A stretch of 64,000 nt of DNA, taken from Felis catus (lineage: Eukaryota). The notes beneath the pieces are model-generated. The model ran no database searches. It was not told the DNA's origin and saw nothing but the letters and a program-made list of their open reading frames with translations. The stretch lies in NCBI RefSeq assembly GCF_018350175.1, contig NC_058368.1:133984001-134048000 (forward strand). Direction: 5' to 3'. Numbering within the stretch: the stretch's first letter is position 1; the number at the start of each line of letters is the position of its first letter. This document shows positions 10,322 through 21,572 of the stretch, one piece after another. Made by a program: the position numbers and the translations under genes.

Positions 10322-13300
10322 TGGATACTAACCCTTTATTTGATATATTGTTTGCAAATATCTTTTCCCATTCTGTCAGTTGCCTTTTATTTTTGCTGAT
10401 TGTTTCCTTCTCTGTGCAGAAGCTTTTTATTTTGATGAGGTCCCAGTAGTTCATTTTTGCTTTTGTTTCCCTTGCCTCCGGAGACGTGTTGAGTAAGAAA
10501 TTGCTGTGGGCAAGATCAAAGAGGTTTTTGACGGCTTTCTCCTTGAGGATTTTGATGGCTTCCTGTCTTACATTGAGGTCTTTCATCCACTTTGAGTTTA
10601 TTTTTGTGAATGGTGTAAGAAAGTGATCCAGGTTCATTCTGCATGTTGCTGTCCAGTTTTCCCAGCACCACTTGCTGAAGAGACTGTCTTTATTCCATTG
10701 GGTATTCTTTCCTGCTTTGTCAAAGATTAGTTGCCTCTACGTTTGTGGGTCCATTAATGGGTTCTCTATTCTGTTCCATTGGTCTGAGTGTCTGGTCTTG
10801 TGCCAGTACCATACTGTCTTGATGATTACAGCTTTGTAGTATAGCTTGAAGTCTGGGATTGTGATGCTTCCTGCTTTGGTTTTCTTTTTCAAGATCGCTT
10901 TGGCTATTCGGGGTCTTTTCTGGTTCCATGCAAATTTTAGGATTATTTGTTCTAGCTCTGTGAAGAATGCTGGTGTTACTTTGATAGGGATCGCGTTCAA
11001 TATGTAGATTGCTTTGGGTAGTATCGACATTTTAACAATATTTGTTATTCCCATCCAGGAGCATGGACTCTTTTTCCATTTCTTTGTGTCTTCTTCAATT
11101 TCTTTCATAAGGTTTCTATAGTTTTCAGTGTATAGATTTTTCACCTCTTTGGTTAGATTTATTCCTAGGTATTATATGGTTTTTTTGTGCAACTGTAAAT
11201 GGGATAGACTCCTTGATTTCTCTGTCGCTTCATTGTTGGTGTATAGGAATGCAACCGATTTCTGTGCATTGGTTTTATATCCTGCAATTTTGCTGAATTC
11301 ATGAATCAGTTCTAGCAGTTTTTTGGTGGAATCTTTTGGGTTTTCCATATAGAGTATCATGTCATCTGCGAAGAGTGAATGTTTGACCTCCTCCTGGCTG
11401 ATTTGGATGCTTTTTATTTCTTTGTGTTGTCTGATTGCAGAGGCTAAGACTTCCAATACTATGTTGAATAACAGTGGCGAGAGTGGACATCCCTGTCTTG
11501 TCCCTGACCTTAGGGGGAGAGCTCTCGGTTTTTCCCCATTGAGGATGATATTAGCATTGGGTCACTCGTATATGGCTTTTATCATCTCGAGGTATGATCC
11601 TCTATCCCTACTTTCTTGAGGGTTTTTATCAAGAAAGGATGCTGTATTTTATCAAATGCTTTCTCTGAATCTATTGAGAAGATCATATAGTTCTTGTCCT
11701 TTCTTTTATTGATGTGATGAATCACATTAATTGTTTTGTGGATATTGAACCACCCTGCATCCCAGGTATAAATCCCACTTGGGTCATGGTGAATATTTTT
11801 TTAAATGTATTGTTGGATCCAGTTGGCTAATATCTTGTTGAGGATTTTTGCATCCATGTTCATCAGGGAGATTGGTCTATAGTTCTCCTTTTTAGTGGGG
11901 TCTCTGTCTGGTTTTGGAATCAGGGTAATGCTGGCTTCATAGAAAGAGTTTGGAAGTTTTCCTTCCATTTCTATTTTTTGGAACAGTTTCAAGAGAATAG
12001 GTGTTAACTCTTCCTTAAATGTTTCGTAGAATTCCCCTGGAAAGCCATCTGGCCCTGGACTCTTGTTTTTTGGCAGATTTTTGATTACTAATTCGATTTC
12101 CTCACTGGTTATGGGTTATGGGTCAATTATATGACCATTTTATTGGCATATAATTGCTCATAATATTCTCTTTTTACTGTTTTTATTTCTGTTGTGTTGA
12201 TTGTGATTTCTCCTCTTTCATTCTTGATTTTCTTATTTGGGTCCTTTCCTTTTTCTTCTTGATCAAACTGGCTAGTGGTTTATCAGTTTTGTTAATTCTT
12301 TCAAAGAACCAGCTTCTGGTTTCATTGATCTGTTCTGCTTTTTTTTTTTGGTTTCGATAGCATTAATTTCTGCTCTAATGTTTATTATTTCCTGACTTCG
12401 GCTGTTTTTGGGTTTGTTTTTACTGTTCTTTTTCCAGCCCCTTAAGGTGTAAGGTGAGGTTGTGTATCTGAGATCTTTCTTCCTTCTTTAGGAAGGCCTG
12501 GATTGCTATATACGCAGCCTTTGCTGTGTCCCAGAGGTTTTGGGTTGTGGTGCTGTCATTTTCATTGACTTCCATATACTTTTCAATTTCTTCTTTAACT
12601 GCTTGGTTAGCCTATTCATTCCTTAGTAGGATGTTCTTCAGTCTCCAAGTATTTGTTACCTTTCCAAATTTTTTCTTGTGGTTGATTTTGAATTTCATAG
12701 CATCGTGGTCTGAAAATATGCACGGTATGATCTCGATCTTTTTGTACTTACTTAGGGCTGATTTGTGTCCTAGTATATGGTCTATTCTGGAGAATGTTCC
12801 ATGTGCACTGGAGAAGAATGTATATTCTGCTGCTTTAGGATGAAATGTTCTGAATATATCTGTTAAGTCCATCTGGTCCAATGTGTCATTCAAAGCCATT
12901 GTTTCCTTGTTGATTTTTTGATTAGATGATCTGTTATTGCTGTGAGTGGGGTGTTGAAGTCTCCTACTATTATGGTATTACTATCGATGAGTTTCTTGAT
13001 ATTTGTGATTAATTGATTTATATATTTGGGTGCTTCCACATTTGGCGCATAAATGTTTACAATTGTTAGGTCTTCTTGGTCTATAGAACCCTTGATTATG
13101 ATATAATGCCCTTCTGCATCTCTTGATACAGTCTTTACTTTAAAGTCTAGATTGTCTGATATCAGTATGGCTACTCTGACTTTCTTTTGTTGACCATTAG
13201 CATGATAGATGGTTCTCCATCCCCTTATTTCCAATCTGTAGGTGTCTTTAGGTCTAAAGTGGGTCTCTTGTAAACAGCGTATGGATGGGTCTTGTTTTCT

Positions 13301-13390
13301 TATCCATTCTGTTACCCTATGTCTTTTAATTGGAGCATTGAGTCCATTGACGTTTAGAGTGAGTACTGAAAGATATGAATTTATTGCCAT
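10322..13390 (-). pseudogene. L1 ORF2 (APE endonuclease + reverse transcriptase), multiply disrupted
   Basis: EN motifs TLNVNGLN, CLQETH, GDFNTPL and SDH. RT motifs [15 protein letters not shown] and FADDMILY. Broken into at least 7 ORF pieces. Confidence 0.96.
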
Positions 13391-13456
13391 TATGATGCTT
13401 GTAGAATTGGAGTTTCTGGTGGTGTTCTCTGGTCCTTTCTAATCTTTTGTTGCTTT

Positions 13457-13459
<3 letters not shown>

Positions 13460-13517
<58 letters not shown>

Positions 13518-13518
13518 T

Positions 13519-13560
<42 letters not shown>

Positions 13561-13567
13561 CATATAT
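13460..13567. repeat. (AT)n/(AC)n microsatellite in the L1 inter-ORF spacer
   Basis: Direct reading. Confidence 0.95.
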
Positions 13568-13588
13568 AAATTTTCATCTTTTTTCCCC

Positions 13589-14473
13589 TCAGAGAGTCCC
13601 CCTTAATATTTCTTGCAGGTCTGTTTTAGGAGTCACAAACTCCTTTAATTTTTGTTTGCCTGGGAAACTTTTTATCTCTCCTTCTATGTTGAATGACAGC
13701 CTTGCTGGATAAAGAATTCTTGGCTGCATATTTTTCTGATTCAGCACACTGAGTATATCCTGCCACTCCTTTCTGGCCTGCCAAGTTTCTGTGGATAGGT
13801 CTGCTGCAAATCTGATCTGTCTTCCCTTGTAGGTTAGGGACTTTTTTTCCCTTGCTGCTTTCATGATTCTCTCCTTGCCTAAGTATTTTGTGAATTTGAC
13901 TATGATATGCCTTGTTGATGGTCCGTTTTTGTTGAATCTAATTGCAGTCCTCTGTGCTTCCTGGATTTTGATGTCTGTGTCTTTCCCCAGGTTAGGAAAG
14001 TTTTCCACTATGATTTGCTCACATAACCCTTCTACCCCTACTTCTCTGTCTTCCTCCTCTGGGACCCCTAGGATTCTCATGTTGTTCCTTTTTAATGGGT
14101 CACTGATTTCTCTAATTCTTAAATCATGCTCTTTTGCCTTAACCTCCCTCTTTTTCTCTGCTTCGTTATTCTCTATAAGTTTGTCCTCTATATTGCTGAT
14201 TCTATATTCTGCCTTATCCATCCTTGCTGCTGCTGCTGCATCCATCCGTGAATGCAGCTCAGTTATAACATTTTTAATTTCATTCTGGCTATTTTTTACT
14301 TCTTTTATCTCTGCAGAAAGGGATTCTAATCTATTTTCGACTCCAGCTAGTATTCTTATTATTGTGATTCTAAATTTTGGTTCAGACATCTTGCTTGTGT
14401 CTGTGTTGGTTAAATCCCTGGCTGTTGTTTCTTCGTGCTCTTTCTTTTGGGGTAAATTCCTTCGTTTTGTCAT
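13589..14473 (-). CDS. L1 ORF1p (RNA-binding, coiled coil + RRM + CTD), open frame of 294 aa
   Basis: ATG to stop uninterrupted, with typical motifs KRNNMRILGVPE, ENFPNL, IQEAQR, ARKEW and YPARLSF. Expression unknown. Confidence 0.92.
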   Translation of the reverse strand: MTKRRNLPQKKEHEETTARDLTNTDTSKMSEPKFRITIIRILAGVENRLESLSAEIKEVKNSQNEIKNVITELHSRMDAAAAARMDKAEYRISNIEDKLIENNEAEKKREVKAKEHDLRIREISDPLKRNNMRILGVPEEEDREVGVEGLCEQIIVENFPNLGKDTDIKIQEAQRTAIRFNKNGPSTRHIIVKFTKYLGKERIMKAAREKKSLTYKGRQIRFAADLSTETWQARKEWQDILSVLNQKNMQPRILYPARLSFNIEGEIKSFPGKQKLKEFVTPKTDLQEILRGTL

Positions 14474-14682
14474 TTTGAAGGGAGAAAAGGAATTAATGAG
14501 GTAGAAACATTGAAAATAAAAAAATTAAAATTAAAAAATATTAAAATTAAAAATTAAAAACACACCCACACAAAAGTCAAATAGATGATGCTAGATCCTA
14601 GGTGTGTTTTGGTCTGGGTGTAGAAAGTGGTTGGACAGATTAGAGAAACAAACAAACAAAAAAAGGGGGGGAAGAAAAAAAA

Positions 14683-15545
14683 AGAAATCATTTGAGAATT
14701 TGAAAAAATGAATACACTAAAGTAGACTAAAATACACAAAAGTAGAGAATATAGTAGAAAAAATTATAGAAAAATATTTTTAATAAAAATTAAAAAGAAA
14801 TATGAATTTTTCCATTTTCTGTATGTAAGAAAAAAGAAAAGAAATGAAAAAGAGAAAAAAGATTAAAAAAGAAAAGACAAAAAAAGAAATCATTTGAAAA
14901 TTTGAAAAAGTGAATACACTGTAGTAGACTGAAATAAAATGATGGGAGTAAGATAGAATTTGAAAAAATTTACATAAAAGCAAAAAATATAGTAATAAAA
15001 ATTAAATAAAAATATTTTTAAAATAAATTGATAGTAAAAATGAAGTTTTTCTCTTTCTGCATTCAAGAAAAAGAAAAGAAACGAAAAGGAGAGAAAAAGG
15101 GAAAGAGAAAAAAAGGGAATTGTTTGAAAATTTGAAAAGATGAGTACACTGAGACTAAAATAAAATGATGGAAGTAAAGTAGAATTTGAAAAAAATTACA
15201 CAAAAGTAAAAAATATAGTAATAAAAATTAAAGACATATATTTTTTTCAACATTTATTTATTTTGGGGACAGAGAGAGACAGAGCATGAACGGGGGAGGG
15301 GCAGAGAGAGAGGGAGACACAGAATCAGAAACAGGCTCCAGGCTCCGAGCCATCAGCCCAGAGCCTGACGCGGGGCTCGAACTCACGGACCGCGAGATCG
15401 TGACCTGGCTGAAGTCGGACGCTTAACCGACTGCGCCACCCAGGAGCCCCTAAAGACATATTTTTAATAAAAATTGAAAATAAAAATGAGTTTTTTCTCT
15501 TTCTGTATTCAAGAAAAAGAAAAGAATTGTAAAAGAGAAAAAGGA
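14683..15545. repeat. Three ~200-230 bp AT-rich tandem units in the L1 5'UTR
   Basis: Unit starts GAAATCATTTGA(G/A)AATTTGAAAA at ~14683 and ~14886, with a variant at ~15117. Each unit contains TTTTT...TTTCTG(T/C)AT...AAGAAAAA. Confidence 0.85.
15241..15450 (-). mobile_element. Young CanSINE nested in the L1 5'UTR
   Basis: TSD TAAAGACATAT at 15229-15239 and 15451-15461. Confidence 0.96.
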
Positions 15546-15659
15546 AAAAGAGGCAAACAAAAATTGAATAGATGAACCTGCTAACAGATTGAAGTAGGAC
15601 TGAAATTGCTTCTTTTTCCCCTAGAGGTTAGTCCAGGTAGCTCTTTATAGTCCTTAAAT

Positions 15660-16837
15660 TAAGCCTGCGGTGAGGTTTGTGTTCTTGAAGAGCGAAGTTG
15701 GCCCAGTTGGGCAGGGCTCGGTGTAACAGCTCCGCTCTCCCCTAGATGGCGCTGCTAGCCTACTGGGGTGGATTGTTGCGATGCTCCTCGGTGCGCATGT
15801 GCATGCGCAGGAGCGGTGAAAAATGGCGTCACCCAGCCACTCCGTTTGTTCTCCTGGATCAGCAATCGTGCACCAGTCCTCCGTCTTCACCTCTCGTCCA
15901 CTCCCCGGTTTTCCATTCTCCGTGACCAGGCCCCAGGCAGTACCTCCCTCCCAAGTTTTGTCTCAGATGCGGCTGTTTTCCCTGGCCCCTTACTTCCGAA
16001 GGACTGTGGCTTTGACCCGCTCCGCCTGTCTGCAGGAGGGTCTCACTGAGCCATGGCCGAATGAACAATGGCCTGATGTCAGCTGCACCCAGGAACGCCC
16101 GCTGGACCCTGCTTTTGCCGGTGCCCTGAGACTGCGGCCAGGTGCCAGCCCACCCCCCCAAAAAATCGCAAGACAGTGTAGCCTCAGCATTTCAGGGACC
16201 ATGGAAAATCGCAACCCACATCTGGCACCAGGCTTCACCCTCAACAACCTTGCCCCAGCACCAGCAAATGTGGCTGCCTTCCGGGGTCTACTGGGACCAG
16301 GTGGCTTCAACAGTCTCTACCAAATGTCCTTCCAGCAGTGGAACCGCTTTTCCCCGTGTGGCCTGAGAACCTCCCGGACCCGACTGTGTTCCTGGGGATT
16401 CGCCTTTCCCACCAGAGCACCAGCAGGTATGGAGCTGCGGAGTTGCAGCCTTTGCGCTCCCCTTGTTTACAGTCTTAATGGAATTTAAACCCTCTCCTTT
16501 CTCCCTTTTTAGTTTAGTCCCTGCGGCTGTTTCTAATTTTCCACTTTCTCTCCAGCCGCTTTTGGGGAGGGGTGCTTTTCCCGTATGCTCCCCCCCCTCC
16601 AGTCTCTGCCCTCTCTCCGCCCACAAAAGGGGTTTCCTAACTTTCGGGGCTTCTTGCTCCCCAAGTTCAGCACTTCGTGTCGCGTACCTGCTGAATTCTG
16701 TGGTTCAGGTTGTGCAGATTGTTGTGTTAATCTTCCAATCGGTTTTCTAGGTGTGTAGGATGGTTTAGTGTTGGTCTGGCTGTATTTCATGGACGCGAGA
16801 CACACAAAAAGCTTCCATGCTGTTCCACTATCTTCTC
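15660..16837 (-). promoter_or_regulatory. GC/CpG-rich L1 internal promoter region
   Basis: CpG-rich. Contains CTCF-like CCCCTAGATGGCGC (15739-15752), NRF1-like TGCGCATGTGCATGCGCA (15792-15809) and YY1-like AAAATGGCG (15820-15828). Confidence 0.75.
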
Positions 16838-17145
16838 ACATCTTCTTTATCCATTCGTTTAACACTGGACACCTGGGCTGCTTTCCTAATTTGTGTATTG
16901 TAAATAATGCTGCAGTAAACTTGGGGTGCATATATCTTTTTGATTTAGTGTTTTTGTATTCTTTGGGTAAATACCCAGTAATGGAATTACTGGATTATAT
17001 GATAATTCTGTTTTTAAGTTTTTGAGAAACCTCCATCCTATTTTCCCCAGGGGCTACTCAACTTTGCATTCCCACCGACAGTGCAAGAGCGACTTTTTTT
17101 CCCCTCCACATCCTCACCAACACTTCCTCTTTCTTGTGTCTTTGA
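16838..17145 (-). mobile_element. Older L1 fragment (end of ORF2), directly abutting the L1 5' end
   Basis: Homologous to ~2654-2950 of the first L1 but more diverged. Confidence 0.85.
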
Positions 17146-18668
17146 AAACACTAACTTTTAAAAACGGAGTTATTATGGTTTTTAATAATTTGTATCTAAT
17201 TCCCAAAATATACCAGGCAGCTTAAAATAGCGTATGTAACACTGTGCTATATCTCTTGTGAACATTAATATGTTCCCCATTATAAAAACCTGTGAGATAA
17301 GGATTATTACTCTTCCAAGTTCACATAATGAGAAAGGAGCAGGTTCAAATTAATGCCTTTTTTTTTTCAGATACCCAAGCCTTTTCCACCACACCTACCT
17401 ACCTCCTTACTGAATTGTTTATAATATTAATTTCCATATATCTCTGTTATATTAGTGTTTGGAGATAAGCATTCTCATTTGAATTTGTCTGAGTTTCCTG
17501 GTAGAAGAGAAACATGGAAAGGTAGGTAGGTAGGTAGATAGGGAGAGATTGGCACAGACTGAGAGGTGAATAGCTTATGTTAATACATCTTTTTACGTAT
17601 ATAAGCAAACATTTTCAATGGTAAATTTGATGAGTTTTCCACTAAAAAAGTCAAATTGGGATAAAGTGAAAAATATTTGAAGTCACCGTAATTGAATTCC
17701 AAAATGTTTTAAAATATCTTGAAGGTGGATTAATTAAAGCACTGAATCCAATCCCCCCACCTCTGCTTCCTTTATGGACAGGTCTTGTGATTCTGTAGGT
17801 GATCTCACTCATTGAAGAAAAACTTATTGATCAAAAGGCCCTTCTATGTGTGTACAATACAGTAATCCATCTCTCTCTTCCATGCTCAATGTTGGTGTAT
17901 TTTTTGTCTACACCTCTGGATTATAAACTCCTTGGGAGTGAAGACTCTTCTTGTTCTCTCCTATCTTTTTGGGAAACTGATCAGGGTCAGGCCCGTCGTG
18001 TGCTCACTGATTCATGCCAGACAATCAGACGTGCTTTCAGGCCATGAGAGGAGACGTCCATGAGTAAACAGGGGGAAAAAAGAAGACAACATGGGTGCCT
18101 GGTGGGAGAGACTGGTTGTGTAAGAGGGTAACCAGCTCTGTATCCTCACTGTCTGCTTACAGGACCTCTTGTTTATTACCTAAGTTCAAACTTTGCTGGA
18201 GATGCCAGCACCTAATGTCATTACCCTTCCCCTCCAGTACAGACTAGGGACACAGGTGGGGATATATGGCATCAGTGATCTGCCTGATATCAGATTGGGG
18301 TGGATGTGCAAGCAGATGTTTGTTTTTGAATGACCAGACAGGCTGTCTCCTGAGATCTGACCAAAACTGGAACTTGGAGGAGATTCAGCTGGCTTTGGTT
18401 CAAACCAGACAAACTAAAACAATGCTAACAGCCAGGGAAGGAGTCTCAAGACCCCGCCGGAAATGCCTACTCACCTTCAGCCTGAAGTCCATAAAGTATA
18501 AACACGAGTATGTGAGCAGCCTTTGAGTCCTTGTGCCCTCCGTCACTGCATAGAACCATGCAGAACCGTTCTTCCATGGGGTAGAATGATGGCTGCAAAT
18601 TTATAAATAATAACATTAAGTGGTATTGCAGCTAGGTGAACATGTGGTAGATAGAAATGACAGAAGCA

Positions 18669-18860
18669 GGGGCACCTGGGTGGCCCAGTAGGTTGAGTGT
18701 CTGGCTTTGGCTCAGGTCATGGTCTCACAGGTTCCTGAGTTTGAGCCCCCTGTCCGACTCGGCTGGGTGCTGTCAGCAGGGAGCCTGCTGCTTCTCCTCT
18801 GTCCCCCTCTCTTTCTGCCCTCCCTGCTGGTGCTGTCAAAAATAAATAAACATTTTTTAA
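18669..18860 (+). mobile_element. CanSINE
   Basis: Flanked by AAATGACAGAAGCA and AAATGAGAGAAGCA. Confidence 0.92.
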
Positions 18861-19240
18861 AAATGAGAGAAGCATATTCACAATATAGAAGATTCTTAGG
18901 TTGTGGAAAATTAGTCTAAAATTAGAGAAATCCTAACACTGCCATTTATTGTCTATTGACCCTGACCATAATGTTAGGTACATATAATTGTGTGGACTCA
19001 GGTGGGTGAAAAAGATAATATCTCTAAGACGGAAATAAAATGGAGTGGAGAACTGGCAAGGATGTTGTCCATATTTGTTAACACTTTGGAAGCAGGTGGT
19101 CTGCTAAGTCTAGTGACAAGCCACTATGGTGCCTTTGGACCTGATGCCTCATCCCATGTGCTTTAGACAATCCTCCTTTTGGGTTGCAGCATAAGAGTTA
19201 GCTTGAAGCGTAGCTGCCAGGCCCATTTCATGGCTTTCTG

Positions 19241-19248
<8 letters not shown>

Positions 19249-19327
<79 letters not shown>
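19249..19327. repeat. (AC)n microsatellite
   Basis: About 39 units with one interruption. Confidence 0.97.
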
Positions 19328-19329
<2 letters not shown>

Positions 19330-19664
19330 TTCATATTTGTATGAGGGAGAGCACGATGGAACATCCAATGTGGTTTAGCTTTCAGGACTGTAAATGAGAG
19401 CCTCTTTGTCAGTGAAGAGCAAACAAAACAAACTGGCCTGGGGTCAGCATGCTCTGGAATGCAGAATTGTTTGTCGCCAGTCAAACAGCCGCCTGATGTT
19501 GGGTTTACATAATGTTTCAGCAAACCGAAACAATGAGGACATTTACCATTAACTCTTGGCCTGAGCCATAAAATCAGAATGGGGAAGATCAGGGTCATTA
19601 GCTCTGATTCTTAAGACCCTGAAAACATATCTCTGCCCAGGTCAAAACAGCTACTTACAACAAG

Positions 19665-20205
19665 TCATACAAATTTATTTAACACCTAGTATTATGCCAA
19701 AGACTGTCTGGATAGGACGATGCAAAGGCCCAAGCCCTTTTGTAGGGTCGGATTTCCAGGCCTGCACTGAGATCTACCTAGCAGGTAGAGAAACTAGTAA
19801 TGGTGGGGTGTCATTGTTAACGTGATTTTCTATTTAGACAAAATGCCCTGGGTGAGTATAAACAGAAGAGAGTGTTCAAGTTCACCTATGGAGTCAGAAA
19901 AATTTCCAAGAGGTGGTAGCATTTGAGATGAAGGGTAGACGTTTGCTGGGACCACAAACTGGTGGTGATGGGGTGGGCACAGAGGTGCATGCTGGACACC
20001 AGGATAAATAAGGGCATGGTGTGAAGAGCATGGATATTCCAGAAACTACTAAAAATAACATAGCGGTGTCAAATGTTGTGGTCAGAAAAAGCACGCTCTT
20101 GTGTGTATATCAGGCCAGGTGCTGATATTTTATCCTGGGCAAGGAGGAATGCCAGTGGAATATTTTGAGCTGAGGTAATGATTTGGCCGTGTTTTGTGTC
20201 TTAGA
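19665..20205 (-). mobile_element. L2 fragment
   Basis: Degenerate L2 3' end pattern (CAAATTTATTTAACACCTAGTATTATGCCA). Boundaries approximate. Confidence 0.5.
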
Positions 20206-20619
20206 TCAGTGCAGTGGCCTCAAGGCGGACAAGTGGGAGAATGGGTGACTGGAGCGGGTGAAGTGGTCCTTCGGACATGGGTTTGGGCAAGTTTTCCTGT
20301 CCGGAACACACTGTGGAGTTGTTAGGCACAGGTGAATCATCAGAGGCCTGCATAGGCAGCCATGGGATCTATGAGGGGAGCAGTGGGACATCAGGAACCA
20401 GCTGTATGGTCAGCCCTCACTCCACGCAAATGGTAGGGTTCAGGAATTGCTCTGTGCCGCCCCCGGGCCTCACCTGACTTCTGAGAGCTGTCCTCAGTGC
20501 TGGGCAGTGGGTTCACCACTGCTCTGGGGTGTCAGGGCCTGGAGAGCCAGGCTGTGTCAGCTTTGAGCAGTGCATCTGAGGTCCTGCTGCCCTGCCAGTG
20601 TCTGGAGCATAGCAGTCGG

Positions 20620-21090
20620 TCTTAATAAAAGATTTGTTGATCGAGCAGAACCCAACACTAATATAGGAGCCGGGGGTGCTGCAATGACCATATCACACAA
20701 AGCCCCTGTCTTGGAGGGGCATGTATTCCAGGTGGTGAGACCAGCAGTCAGCAAAAGAAACAAAATGCGTAAAAAGCTGGATGGTGAAATACACTGGAAA
20801 GAAAAAATACGGTGGTGAGGGTGGTTTGGAATTTTAATAAAGATGTTTAAGAAAGGTTTTACTGAGCAAAGACCTGCAGGAAGTTGGAGGGCACCCATTA
20901 GGACCTATGGGAGAAGAGCCATCCAAGGGAAGAGTCTGGGCCGAGATGTCGAATGGGGCGTGTTGGCACATTGGGAGCAGCAAGGGGACCAGCATGGCCC
21001 CAGAGAAGTGACTGAGGGTTTAGAGGGGTGGGAGGACAAAGCTGGGAGTTTGTCCTCTGCTCTGAGTGTGATGGAAAGTTCAGTTTGCTG
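20620..21090 (-). mobile_element. L2 fragment
   Basis: Degenerate L2 pattern. Boundaries approximate. Confidence 0.45.
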
Positions 21091-21366
21091 TCCTTGCTAG
21101 ACATGGGCAGCAGGAGCCAATGTCCTTGAAATAAGAAGTAGGAGCACTGCTGTGTGTTAGAAGGGCCTACAGATAGCAGCCACAGTGCCTTAATTCTTGG
21201 GATGCAGAGGGAGATGGGAATATGGACTAATATTAGATATCATGGAGTTACTCTTAATTTGCTTAGGTGTGATTATTCTATCAATAGAATGGGAGAATAT
21301 GTAGGACAATGTCCTCATTCTGAAAAGAGGCAGTAGTTATGGGTGAATTGTCATGATACCAGGAAC

Positions 21367-21572
21367 TTTTTTTTTTTTCAAGTTTGTTTGTTTGTTTGTG
21401 TGTTTAGAGAGAGCATGAGTCAGGGAGGACCAGAGAGAGAGGGAGAGAGAGAATCCCAAGGAGGTTCCCTACTGGCAGTGCAGAACATAACTGGGGACTT
21501 GAACCCACAAACGATGAGATCATGACCTTAGCTGAAGTCAGATGTTTAACCGACTGAGCTACTGAGGTGCCT
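21367..21572 (-). mobile_element. CanSINE within an old L1M 3' fragment (~21200-21700)
   Basis: CAGGAACTT on both flanks. Confidence 0.9.

Larger units (their letters stand above)
10322..16837 (-). mobile_element. L1 with complete 5'UTR and ORF1, disrupted ORF2, missing its 3' end
   Basis: GC-rich 5'UTR starting GAGAAGATAGTGG on the - strand, then ORF1, inter-ORF spacer, and ORF2 EN and RT fragments. Ends before the cysteine-rich domain. No TSD found. Confidence 0.96.

Noticed and set aside
10036..10449. Hydrophobic FLSF-repeat ORFs
   Set aside because: Translation of the (TTTC)n microsatellite.
13863..14504. 213-aa ORF antisense to L1 ORF1
   Set aside because: Shadow frame of a coding sequence with biased codon use. 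No independent initiation signal.
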